Below, piece after piece: positions 48,829 through 58,232 of a DNA stretch of 64,000 bases (its first letter is position 1; each line of letters opens with the position of its first letter). The notes beneath the pieces are model-generated. The model saw only the letters and a program-made list of their open reading frames with translations, was not told the DNA's origin and did no database searches. Both the position numbers and the translations under genes were made by a program. Origin of the DNA: Candidatus Bathyarchaeia archaeon (GTDB lineage Archaea > Thermoproteota > Bathyarchaeia > Bathyarchaeales > Bathycorpusculaceae); assembly GCA_049512935.1 (NCBI GenBank), contig JBEKWR010000009.1, positions 1-64,000 on the forward strand, read 5' to 3'.

Positions 48829-49758
48829 ATGCTCAAGTTAACCAGCGCAACTCCATCGGAAAACCCTGAATTATCAAGTCAGCCAACGCCAGAATCGGCG
48901 GGCTCTAAACGGCTTGGAAAAAAAATCTACGGTGTGATAGCTGCTGTAGCTATTGTCGTCATTGTTGTTGGCGCGCTTTTGATTCCTCAAGGCGCCGCGT
49001 CAATACCGCTCACAGTCAACTACGTCGTCGGCGAAAAAATGGTTTATAACACCACGATGAACGTGAACCTTAATCTGGGTGACACAACGCTTCCCGGTGA
49101 ATCAGGGCTTAACAACAATGAAAGCGCCAATGGGCAAATAATCATTGACGTCCTCGGCTTTAATGACCCATACTACACTTTGAACCAGACCGTAACCATG
49201 ACTGCGGACAATATACCATTTACTTATTCAACCACTCAAGTAATGGACAAGACTGGCTGCTCAGCACCCTTTGAAGGGTTTGGAACCAGCACCGGCGGCG
49301 TTGACGCAACGAACCCGACGAGCGATTATTATCTTGCCCAGCTGCTGGACAAGCCGGAAGTTAAAGTCGGCGACACCGTGACCATTCCGTACCCAAGTCT
49401 TCCGTCTAGTTTTTCCTCACTATTTGGCATAACTGGGGATATAACGGTGACTTTCAAGGGCTTTCAGGATTTCACTGTGCCTGCGGGAACCTACAAGGTG
49501 TTTGGGGTGGACATAACCAGCAACAACCTGCAAATGACCTACAACGATACATCGACAGGAACGTCAAGCAGCTCCAGTTCGCTTCTCAGCGGCTTAAACA
49601 TGAATATTGGCCTCAACTACGAGATATACTACGAGTACGGAACAATGCGCATAATCCAGTCATCCATGCAGGAAAACGCTTCGCTCCAATCAAGCCTCCT
49701 GAACTACTCAGTGGGCATCACCATGGGCATGACGCTCAACCAAGACGTTCAACCATAA
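48829..49758 (+). CDS. Membrane-anchored beta-rich hypothetical protein
   Basis: N-terminal TM, Y..GEKM.Y, TVPAGTYKVF motif (DUF3108-like). Confidence 0.75.
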   Translation: MLKLTSATPSENPELSSQPTPESAGSKRLGKKIYGVIAAVAIVVIVVGALLIPQGAASIPLTVNYVVGEKMVYNTTMNVNLNLGDTTLPGESGLNNNESANGQIIIDVLGFNDPYYTLNQTVTMTADNIPFTYSTTQVMDKTGCSAPFEGFGTSTGGVDATNPTSDYYLAQLLDKPEVKVGDTVTIPYPSLPSSFSSLFGITGDITVTFKGFQDFTVPAGTYKVFGVDITSNNLQMTYNDTSTGTSSSSSSLLSGLNMNIGLNYEIYYEYGTMRIIQSSMQENASLQSSLLNYSVGITMGMTLNQDVQP

Positions 49759-49803
49759 AAGAACGGGAAACCGTCACCCTCACTCTTTTTTTGTTTTTGA
49801 ATT

Positions 49804-50346
49804 TCACGCTTGAATGAACCGCTTAAGGATTTCTTGATTTCGAACCTCAGGATGGAAAAGTACCCCGATGATGTTCTTGCGCTTGTGCTTTATCACTTGG
49901 ACGCACCTCGCCGATTTCGCCCACACGTCAAACTCGCCCGAAACGTCAACGCAGACGCTGTGAAGCGAGTAAGCCTTGAAGTCTCCGGAAAAAAACGGGT
50001 TCTCCACCATGGTGCTTATCGGGGTCATGCCGATTTCCACGCATCGCCGCAGACCCGCGTCGAAAACCAAGCCGATTGTTTCCATGCCTGCGCAGACGCC
50101 GAGCACGGGCTTTTCTGTTTCTTTGAGCCACTGAAATTTCTCAGGCTGGTCTAATGTTGCCGTGTCTTTGAGGGCTGTTCCTGAAAGGATAACTTTGTCG
50201 CATCGGCTCAGGTCTTCAGCGGCAACTTCAAGGTAATGTCTCACCATGCATCGGTCAAGCGCTCCGGCAACTTGGGCAATCGGCAGCACAAACTCGTAGT
50301 AGCCGAGCGAATCCCGCTTCCAGTTCATGTCAACCAGCAGGATCAT
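49804..50346 (-). CDS. Class-I glutamine amidotransferase (stand-alone glutaminase subunit)
   Basis: VILSG, PVLGVCAG (Cys), LFHPE (His-Glu); ATGA overlap with dph6. Confidence 0.87.
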   Translation of the reverse strand: MILLVDMNWKRDSLGYYEFVLPIAQVAGALDRCMVRHYLEVAAEDLSRCDKVILSGTALKDTATLDQPEKFQWLKETEKPVLGVCAGMETIGLVFDAGLRRCVEIGMTPISTMVENPFFSGDFKAYSLHSVCVDVSGEFDVWAKSARCVQVIKHKRKNIIGVLFHPEVRNQEILKRFIQA

Positions 50347-51032
50347 TTTTCAACCAGCCGTGCCCTGTTAATGTTAAAAACCCCGGAGTTTCCCCTTGCG
50401 CTGGAGGTGTAATCGAGGATTTCGATTTTCTTCTTGAACATTGGCGCGTCTAAAACTGCGGTTTCAATTTCCCCGCCTTCGCCGGAAGGGCTTATTCCCC
50501 ATTTCTGCTGCAGATCCACAAGCCTGCTTATGACTGCGGCGTCGATGTGCAGTCCAAGCCATTTCTCGTCAAGCGGGTACGCGAAAACCCCTGAAATAAC
50601 CACGTTGAAGCCCCTTTCAACAAGCTCCTCCAGCAACGCCCGCTGGTCATGTTTCCAAAGCGGGTTAAAACACCAGAGATCCAGCTTGTTGCAGATGCGT
50701 TGAACCCGTTCTGCCTGATAGACCGACTCCACCGCGCCTGTCACGACGCCCTCAATCTGGAATAGCCGGGCTGCCTCCGCGATTGCCTCTTCCAGGTCTT
50801 GGAGCTCTTTTTCTTTTTCGCCCCGCGTCGTCTTGGCTACCCGCGGCAGCGCTAAGGCTTCGGCTTGAAGGGCGGTAACGTCGATGTTTGGTGTGTGGAA
50901 CATGTAGCTTTCCTTGTTCTCTGAAATCAGCGTTATGAGGCAGACGACTTCCTCCTTCTCTTTGGCGTATTGAAGGGCAAGCGTCGAGTCTTTGCCGCCT
51001 GAAAACAGAACTCCAAGTCGCATAGTTACCAA
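50343..51032 (-). CDS. dph6: Diphthine--ammonia ligase (MJ0570/Dph6 family)
   Basis: LFSGGKDS PP-loop, SYMFH, GAVESVYQ, PLW, GEGGEIETAVLDAP. Confidence 0.9.
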   Translation of the reverse strand: MVTMRLGVLFSGGKDSTLALQYAKEKEEVVCLITLISENKESYMFHTPNIDVTALQAEALALPRVAKTTRGEKEKELQDLEEAIAEAARLFQIEGVVTGAVESVYQAERVQRICNKLDLWCFNPLWKHDQRALLEELVERGFNVVISGVFAYPLDEKWLGLHIDAAVISRLVDLQQKWGISPSGEGGEIETAVLDAPMFKKKIEILDYTSSARGNSGVFNINRARLVEK

Positions 51033-51047
51033 AGAAAACAGAACTGG

Positions 51048-51572
51048 TTAATATGCCTGATTAAACGGTCGCCCTGCTTCGGAGACTGGTTCGGCACGCT
51101 GCGGTTTTGGAGAAACGAAGAACCGCATTGTTGAAAAAGAATCTTCTGATAGGAGTTGCCTGTTGGTTTCATGTTCCCAGCGCCTGCAGAACCAGATGGT
51201 GCTCACGCTGATGGAAGCCGCCAGAGAAAACATGAAGACGACGAAGAAGCTGATTCCCTGCAGAGTCCACGAACGTATGAAGCCGCCAGCAAAATACGGA
51301 AAAACCGCCCAGAACACGACAATCGCCAACGATAACAAAACGGGTGGAAAAGGCAACTTGTATTCCCCGTTGTCCTCGACGGACCGCAACATCTTCGCTG
51401 TCATCACATACGCAATTGCCACTCCGCCGACCAAACCGACCACCACTACTGCTGTTGCCAGCTGCGTGTTGGACTGCAACCTGAAATTCAACAGCACCGC
51501 CAAAACCGCTAATAGCACTATGAAAACTGTCCCAGCATTAAATCTGGACGCTTCTCGAGCACCTTGCAACAC
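51048..51572 (-). CDS. Hypothetical four-TM membrane protein
   Basis: Four hydrophobic segments. Confidence 0.7.
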   Translation of the reverse strand: MLQGAREASRFNAGTVFIVLLAVLAVLLNFRLQSNTQLATAVVVVGLVGGVAIAYVMTAKMLRSVEDNGEYKLPFPPVLLSLAIVVFWAVFPYFAGGFIRSWTLQGISFFVVFMFSLAASISVSTIWFCRRWEHETNRQLLSEDSFSTMRFFVSPKPQRAEPVSEAGRPFNQAY

Positions 51573-51670
51573 GTTACCACTCGATTAACAAGCTATTGAG
51601 CCTATTCGTTTTTAATTCTTGCCCTCAACCGTGCAAGTGAAAGAAAGAAATCGCGATTTTTGTAGGTTGC

Positions 51671-52858
51671 CTAAATCTTTGCGTTGCAGACATTGGGTAC
51701 CGCTTTGAGTTTGGCAATAATTTCAGGCGTGGCTCTCTTATGCAGGACATATACTGAGATGGCGTAGCCGCTGTTTCCGATCTGCCTCGAATAGTTGGCT
51801 CTTATGTTTATGTCGTTGTCAGCCAAGACCTTGTCGATGTTGGCGAACACTCCTGGAACGTCACGGTGATGAATGAACAATGTGTAGACGGGTTTTTCCT
51901 CAAGCTCGATGCTTTCACCCGCGTTCACCGCGTTTAGGAAGTCGCCGCCGAGAAGGTACCCTGAGACCACGCGCGCGATTTCGGTTGATGTTTCCCGCTG
52001 CGCTTCAACCGTGGAAGCGCCAAGGTGACTGCTTAAAACCACGCTGTCCAACTCTTTCAGTTTGCTTTTGAAGTCGGCTCCTTCAGCTTTGGGTTCGTCA
52101 ACGTAAACGTCGAGGGCGGCGCCAGCGATTTTTCCGTTCTTCAGCGCCTTGTACAGTGCCTGCTCGTCTATGTTGTTGCCTCTTGACGTGTTAATCAGGT
52201 AAGCCGTGGGCTTCATGAGAGCGAGTTCCTTTTCGCCGATGACCACATCCTTCCCGCCTGGAGTGTGAACGCTCACGTAATCTGCCTTGGCAAGAACCTC
52301 TTCTTTAGACATGAATTTTATGCCCGACTCGAAGCACGGTTTAATGTCGTAGCCGATGACTTCCATGTCGAAGCCGCGGTGCGCGATTTCTGCCAGTTTC
52401 TGCCCGATTCTGCCGCAGCCTAAGATACCCAGGGTTTTGTAGGTGAGCTCGTTGCCTTTGAGTTTGGCTTTTTTCCACTCGCCGCTTTTAAGTGACTGGT
52501 GGGCTTGTGGTGTTTTTCTTGAGATGGCAAGCATTAATCCGATGGTTAACTCCGCCACCGCGTTGGTGCTCCCGTAAGGCGCAGATTTCACAACTATGCC
52601 GTTTTCTGAAGCGGCTGAAACGTCGATGTTGTCGAAGCCTACTCCCGCGCGCCCGACAATTTTGAGTTTGCCCTTTGCGCCTGCCTCGATGACTTCCCGT
52701 GTGACTTTGGTGGCGCTGCGCACGATCAACGCGTCAAAGCCGCCGACGTCGGCGACAAGCTGAGCCGCGTCTCTTTTCTGCGTGTCCGTCTCTATGCCTG
52801 CGTCTTGGAACAGCTGCAAGCCTTCCCTTTCTAAGCCATCGTTCAACAACACTTTCAT
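51671..52858 (-). CDS. serA: D-3-phosphoglycerate dehydrogenase with C-terminal ACT domain
   Basis: [53 protein letters not shown] (ACT). Confidence 0.88.
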   Translation of the reverse strand: MKVLLNDGLEREGLQLFQDAGIETDTQKRDAAQLVADVGGFDALIVRSATKVTREVIEAGAKGKLKIVGRAGVGFDNIDVSAASENGIVVKSAPYGSTNAVAELTIGLMLAISRKTPQAHQSLKSGEWKKAKLKGNELTYKTLGILGCGRIGQKLAEIAHRGFDMEVIGYDIKPCFESGIKFMSKEEVLAKADYVSVHTPGGKDVVIGEKELALMKPTAYLINTSRGNNIDEQALYKALKNGKIAGAALDVYVDEPKAEGADFKSKLKELDSVVLSSHLGASTVEAQRETSTEIARVVSGYLLGGDFLNAVNAGESIELEEKPVYTLFIHHRDVPGVFANIDKVLADNDINIRANYSRQIGNSGYAISVYVLHKRATPEIIAKLKAVPNVCNAKI

Positions 52859-52969
52859 GGTAAGCCAACCTCTCTTGAGTGCATAACAAGTTGGTGATTT
52901 AAGCTGATTGGCAACCGACAATAATAAATATTCTCAACAAAACCAACGGTTTCGCCGTTACCCTTTACT

Positions 52970-53254
52970 TTATGCTTTTCGTTTTAGGGCTGCGACTTGC
53001 TGCTTGCTCATGCGGGTTGCGGCTATGTTAAAGGTTGACACTTCATGGCAGTAGGGGCATTTCAGCCTGCGGGTGTTTCCGCGGTAGAGGGAGATGAAGC
53101 TGGCTCCGGGAACCCAGTGGTAGTTGAACTGCCCTTTGCATTTGGGGCACGTGAGCCTTGACACGGCATGCGGCCCGTAACGTGGAAGAATCATGAAAAC
53201 TGCTATGAAAACTATCGCCGTCGCGATAACGTAGATTATCAGAAGGTCTACCAT
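52970..53254 (-). CDS. TM-anchored zinc-ribbon protein
   Basis: N-terminal TM; CPKC...CPYC. Confidence 0.72.
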   Translation of the reverse strand: MVDLLIIYVIATAIVFIAVFMILPRYGPHAVSRLTCPKCKGQFNYHWVPGASFISLYRGNTRRLKCPYCHEVSTFNIAATRMSKQQVAALKRKA

Positions 53255-53366
53255 GACTTTTCCGTTTTCAAATGCGGTTGTTTTGCTTATTAATATTTAG
53301 CCTTACTTTTCTGCTTTCACAATCAAATTTGCGCGGTTCCCCGCGATTGCTTGGGAAGAATTGGTG

Positions 53367-54722
53367 CTAAGCCTTTCTTATGTAGCTTAATGCTTCTTCC
53401 ACGTTTTGGAAGCCGTATTTGACCTCGCTAAACTCTTTCCTAAGCTTTTGCACGTCTTGCTTGACCTGTTCGGGTTTGCGTTTGCCTTTTATGACGTCAA
53501 GCATGAGGTCGCACAGGTACTTAACGTCGCCTTCCTTCAAGCCACGGCGGGTTATGTCTTGGAAGCCGATTCGCAGCCCTGACGGGTTCTCCTTGCTGCT
53601 TTGGTCGTCATAAGGCAGCAGGTTCTTGTTGAGGATTATGTTTGCATCTTCGAGGTCTTGAGCAATCTTGTTGCCGCCGCCGAAACTGCGGATGTCAACC
53701 GCGATCTGGTGGCTTTTGGTGAAACCTTTTTTCTCAGCGAGAACTTTAACCCCGTTCTCGTAAAGGTACTGACCCGCAGTCTGAGCGTTCTCCACAATCT
53801 GTTTTGCGAGGTCAACCCCGAAGAGCTTCATTTCTAAAGATGCAACGCCGAGAGCGGGCAACCTGCCCAAGTGCGTGTTTGATGCGGTAAGCGGGAAAAT
53901 GGCGAATTGGATTTTCTTCACGGCTTTCTCTTGGGCTGGGTTGTTTTGGTTTCCCATTATGACGCCGCCCTGTGGACCTGGAAAGGTTTTGTGAGTTGAA
54001 GAAGTGATAAAGTCCGCTCCTTCCCGAAGGGGATCTTGGAATTGGCCACCCGCTATCAACCCCAGAACGTGTGACGCGTCGTAGGCAACGTAGGCGCCGA
54101 CTTCGTCGCAGACGGCTTTTAGCTCTTTAACTGGGTGCGGAAACAGGAAGAGGCTGCCGCCGAACGTGACGATGCCTGGTTTAGCGGCTCGTATGACGTA
54201 GGCTGACTTTTCTGGGTCGATGTTGAATTCGTCTACGTCGTAGACGTGGTTGATGTTGTCTAAGCCCAGTATGTTGCCTGCCAACCCCGTGTAGTCGTGC
54301 GAGATGTGGGCGCCGCAACTGAGCGGGGTGACGACCATCTTGTTGTTTTTCGAAGCCAGGGATAAGCCTTTGAACGTGGCTAGGTTCGCGTGTGTTCCTG
54401 AGACAAGGCGCACGTCTGCCCAGTCAGCCTTAAAGAGGCTCTTCATCAAGTCTGTCGTGTAATCTTCAATTTGGGACATGTACTTCTGTCCCTGATAATA
54501 CCTCTTTTTGACGTGCCCCTCAGGGTCATTGTCGCCTTCAGCATACCTGGCTGCAAGGTCATGTGAGAAGCAAAGCATCTGGTTGACCGCGGGCGACTTC
54601 AGCCCCTCGCTTGCAATCATGTTAATGCACTCTTTGTCGCGGTACTGCTCATGCCTGCGGCTTGCCTCGATCAAGTTTTCGAATAGGTTTGAGAAGTTAT
54701 CCATTTCTGTGTTCTTCCCCAC
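53367..54722 (-). CDS. glyA: Serine hydroxymethyltransferase (archaeal type)
   Basis: NMIASE, RYAEG, RYYQG, SGTHAN, GAHISH, YDASHVLGL, SSTHKTFPGPQGG, NKNLLP, SGLRIG. Confidence 0.95.
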   Translation of the reverse strand: MGKNTEMDNFSNLFENLIEASRRHEQYRDKECINMIASEGLKSPAVNQMLCFSHDLAARYAEGDNDPEGHVKKRYYQGQKYMSQIEDYTTDLMKSLFKADWADVRLVSGTHANLATFKGLSLASKNNKMVVTPLSCGAHISHDYTGLAGNILGLDNINHVYDVDEFNIDPEKSAYVIRAAKPGIVTFGGSLFLFPHPVKELKAVCDEVGAYVAYDASHVLGLIAGGQFQDPLREGADFITSSTHKTFPGPQGGVIMGNQNNPAQEKAVKKIQFAIFPLTASNTHLGRLPALGVASLEMKLFGVDLAKQIVENAQTAGQYLYENGVKVLAEKKGFTKSHQIAVDIRSFGGGNKIAQDLEDANIILNKNLLPYDDQSSKENPSGLRIGFQDITRRGLKEGDVKYLCDLMLDVIKGKRKPEQVKQDVQKLRKEFSEVKYGFQNVEEALSYIRKA

Positions 54723-54858
54723 GCTTGAATAATCAACGGAATTGCACTCGGGACTATTTAGCCGTTACTGGGTTCATTATGAGCTTCAAAGGTTCATTCT
54801 TGAGTTACCTCTGGATTGGGCTGAACTGCAAGGAAAGTATCCTTTTTGGCGGCACATG

Positions 54859-55287
54859 TTAAAGCATGTACATGATTATGTAAAATATTTCTCCCGAAAG
54901 GAAGGCAAACCACCAGATGTAGAAAAGTGGCGTCGTCAGCTTACGGTGATAAGTGTTTGCTTTTCTTGTTCTTAGCTGCCAGAAACCAGTGATGAGTACA
55001 AGGATTTCTAGGGACATGACGACAATTGCGACGGGTACGTGTACAACCATGAAGTAAATGTTGACAAGCGGCGTCATTTGAAGAGTCGCTCCGTTTACTG
55101 CCCCACCAAAGGTTCTGTAAAGCATGTAGCCGATTGAAACAGACAGGTCCCAAACGATGGCGGCGAATCCTGAAACAGGGTGAAAACGCTTCTTTCCCTT
55201 CCCGCTCAAGAAGGCGTGGACAAAGAGGAAAGCCACGGGAATCAAGGCGATTGCGACAAATGTGCTTGCAAACGGGGCAGTGGTCAT
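54859..55287 (-). CDS. DUF420-like membrane protein
   Basis: Four TM helices with conserved His (RFH, VVH, YHRK). Confidence 0.7.
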   Translation of the reverse strand: MTTAPFASTFVAIALIPVAFLFVHAFLSGKGKKRFHPVSGFAAIVWDLSVSIGYMLYRTFGGAVNGATLQMTPLVNIYFMVVHVPVAIVVMSLEILVLITGFWQLRTRKANTYHRKLTTPLFYIWWFAFLSGEIFYIIMYML

Positions 55288-55330
55288 TATGCTTCACCAA
55301 TGTTTCAATGGGGTAGGCAGGGCTTGCTAA

Positions 55331-56146
55331 TTAAGCATATGGCTTTTTTGTTTCCATTTGGTTTGGCGGCTGACTTATTTTTGCGATGACCACTCCGCCC
55401 GAGAGGATGCTGTTGTTGAGGAAAGTTACTTCCTTTCCAGAATCCAAGAGGATAACCGTGTAGAACGCGGTGATTTCCTTTATTGTACCCTGCTCGTTCA
55501 TGAACGAAGTTGTCACACGGTCGCCGACTTGGTAGTGCAACCTGCTTTCTTTAGAAGGCCGATATTCACGAACATTGGTTATGATTACTCCCCCTGAAGC
55601 GATTGCACTGTTTGGAATAGTAACTTGGCCGACGTCAGTCTGTATTCTCATAACGAGCGCACTCATTTCTTCGATTTTCCCAGGGATATTGTTTACTATC
55701 ACGTTATCGCCTTCTTTGAACTTGTAAGTGGTAAAAACCAAGAGGCCTGATAACAGGCTGCCGACAAACGTGGATATGACCAAACCTACGGTAACGGATA
55801 TTATTCCAGCGCTTGCTAAAAGGTCTGTTGCGGAAACTTTGAGGGTGTTCAGTATTCCGAAGGCCATCACCATAATGGCGATTGCAAGCAGGATATACTG
55901 CACTAATGTTGCGGCTTGAACCCCCATTCTCTGAGTCATTAGCGGCTTAAAACGGCGTATAATTATTATCGCGGTTACCCAAAAAGCCACGATGATAATT
56001 ATGTCGATAGCCTGCTCAATCAGTTTGGATAAGCTTATGGGGCTAGCGATGAATTGGTGAAAAACGAAGAGAGCGCCTATGGTTACGATTAACATTGTTA
56101 TCAAATAGATGAAGAGTCTTCGTAATGACGAAGCAACGTTAGCCAT
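55331..56146 (-). CDS. mscS: Small-conductance mechanosensitive channel family protein
   Basis: Three TM helices, SGLL....FKEGDNV, G.IEE, TIPNS; duplicated beta domain at the C-terminus. Confidence 0.85.
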   Translation of the reverse strand: MANVASSLRRLFIYLITMLIVTIGALFVFHQFIASPISLSKLIEQAIDIIIIVAFWVTAIIIIRRFKPLMTQRMGVQAATLVQYILLAIAIMVMAFGILNTLKVSATDLLASAGIISVTVGLVISTFVGSLLSGLLVFTTYKFKEGDNVIVNNIPGKIEEMSALVMRIQTDVGQVTIPNSAIASGGVIITNVREYRPSKESRLHYQVGDRVTTSFMNEQGTIKEITAFYTVILLDSGKEVTFLNNSILSGGVVIAKISQPPNQMETKKPYA

Positions 56147-56357
56147 CCTAATCCTTCCTAGCCATAATCGACAAGCATATTTCTATAGTTTTCCCATGTG
56201 ACCAATCAGACCTTTGTTCGCATCCGACTATAAACAAATATGGGTACAGGAAAAAGAGCCGTTCTCTTAATTTCTTAGACAATTAAAGAAATTTTTGTGC
56301 GAGCCATTTATATCCGAGCGCTATGTGCAGTGGATATTCGAGAAGGATAAGAACAAC

Positions 56358-58148
56358 GTGAAGTCCCCTGGCGCTTCTCGCGAGTTTGGTTATCTCCGAA
56401 AATGGGTTCCGATCGCTATTTTGATAGGCATAGTCTGCGGAGTGGGCAGCATTGTTTTCTACGAAGCAATTCGGCTTGCAAGCGCTGTCCTTCTTGGCGG
56501 TATAGCTGGTTTTTTTGCTCCCACGCCAGCAGGAGAAGGCGGAAGCTTAGGAGTAGCCGCTTCTCGTCTCTACTTGATTCCGTTGGTAACTACTATTGGA
56601 GGACTTTGCAGTGGCATACTCGTCTACGGCTTAGCACCAGAAGCTGAGGGACATGGAACTGACGCGGCAATAGATGCTTTTCACAACAAAAAAGGTGACA
56701 TTCGATCCAGAATACCTATAGTCAAAGTTGTGGCCTCAGCAATAACGATTGGCTCCGGAGGAAGTGCAGGCAGGGAGGGCCCGACAGCACAGATGGGGGC
56801 AGGCTTCGGCTCCTTCCTGAGCAAAAGATTCAAGCTCAGCGCACATGACAGAAGAATCGCCGTTGCAGTCGGCATAGGCGCAGGAATTGGCTCCATTTTC
56901 AAGGCTCCCTTTGGAGGAGCCATAATGAGCGCTGAGATTCTGTACATGGGCGATTTTGAAGTGGAGACATTGCTACCAGCTTTCATTGCTTCTACCGTAG
57001 GCTACAGTATATTTGCTTCATATGTTGGATGGACGCCAATATTTGGCAACATGAATCTGGGTGCTTTCAACAACCCAATTGTTCTTCCCTTTTACGCTGT
57101 CTTGGGTATAATCTGCGGCTTAGTCGGCATTGTTTACGTCAAAGGGTTCTACGGTACGCGGGCGCTTTTTCAGCGTCTAAGAATTCCGCGTTTCTTAAAG
57201 CCGGCGCTCGGCGGACTCTTAGTGGGTATCATTGGAATGTTTCTTCCGCAAATTCTCGGCATGGGTTATGGTTGGCTTCAGATAGCGATGAGCGGCAACT
57301 TTGTCTTACTACCTATAATTTTGATTCCAGTAATTATCGTAGCTAAAATAGTGGCGACGTCTCTTACGGTGGGTTCAGGAGGAAGCGGAGGAGTTTTCGC
57401 GCCAGCCTTGGTGATAGGCGGCTTTTTAGGAGCAACACTCTGGATATTCCTAAACGGGCTTTTCCCGAATTTCGGGTTTGTCATCGCCGCATTTGTTATA
57501 GTGGGGATGATGGCGTTTTTCGGAGGCGTAGGCAAGGTGCCTGTTGCAGTCATAATCATGGTTAGCGAAATGACTGGAGGATTAACTCTGCTGGTTCCCT
57601 CAATGATAGCAACTGCTATTGCCTACGTAATCACAGGAAAGAATACTATCTATAGAAGCCAGGTTGAATCAAGGTCTGATTCGCCAGCCCACAGAAGTGA
57701 ATACTCTACTCCTCTAATGCAGAAGCTCTTTGTCAAGGATGCAATGACCAAAAAAGTCATCACAACTACCCCTAACTCACCGCTCTCAGAGGTCGCTGAG
57801 GTAATGGCAAAGAACACAATAAAAGGTACGCCCGTCTTGGATGATAACGGTAGGCTGGTGGGTATGGTTACACTTACGGATGTTCTTAAGATTAATCCAG
57901 AGCAGAGAGCCACGACAAGGGTAAGCTCCGTAATGACAAAAGAGTTGGTCACAACGATTCCTGATGAAAGTCTTTATACTGCTTTTGGAAAGATGACGAG
58001 TAACCAGATTGGGCGCCTGCCGGTTGTTGAGCCAGGGGACAGCACAAAGCTGATAGGCATAATAGCGCGTGATGATGTCTGGCGAGTCTACAACATAGAG
58101 ATTATGTCAGAACTGGAAGAGGTTAAACTTTCAGGAAGCGTCAAATAA
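56358..58148 (+). CDS. ClC chloride channel/antiporter with CBS pair
   Basis: EAEGHGTD, GSAGREGP, GGSGGVFAP, two CBS domains; start uncertain (track gives 56295). Confidence 0.92.
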   Translation: MKSPGASREFGYLRKWVPIAILIGIVCGVGSIVFYEAIRLASAVLLGGIAGFFAPTPAGEGGSLGVAASRLYLIPLVTTIGGLCSGILVYGLAPEAEGHGTDAAIDAFHNKKGDIRSRIPIVKVVASAITIGSGGSAGREGPTAQMGAGFGSFLSKRFKLSAHDRRIAVAVGIGAGIGSIFKAPFGGAIMSAEILYMGDFEVETLLPAFIASTVGYSIFASYVGWTPIFGNMNLGAFNNPIVLPFYAVLGIICGLVGIVYVKGFYGTRALFQRLRIPRFLKPALGGLLVGIIGMFLPQILGMGYGWLQIAMSGNFVLLPIILIPVIIVAKIVATSLTVGSGGSGGVFAPALVIGGFLGATLWIFLNGLFPNFGFVIAAFVIVGMMAFFGGVGKVPVAVIIMVSEMTGGLTLLVPSMIATAIAYVITGKNTIYRSQVESRSDSPAHRSEYSTPLMQKLFVKDAMTKKVITTTPNSPLSEVAEVMAKNTIKGTPVLDDNGRLVGMVTLTDVLKINPEQRATTRVSSVMTKELVTTIPDESLYTAFGKMTSNQIGRLPVVEPGDSTKLIGIIARDDVWRVYNIEIMSELEEVKLSGSVK

Positions 58149-58232
58149 AATAGCGAAAGAAAGTTCTGAACAGAAAAATAGGCGCATATGACTAGCCTAA
58201 AATTGGCAGTTGCCAAAAAGGGCGCTAAATTC

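Noticed and set aside
56147-56357. Fluoride riboswitch upstream of ClC
   Set aside because: No crcB-motif consensus seen, and the ClC has GREGP rather than the fluoride-type GREGT.
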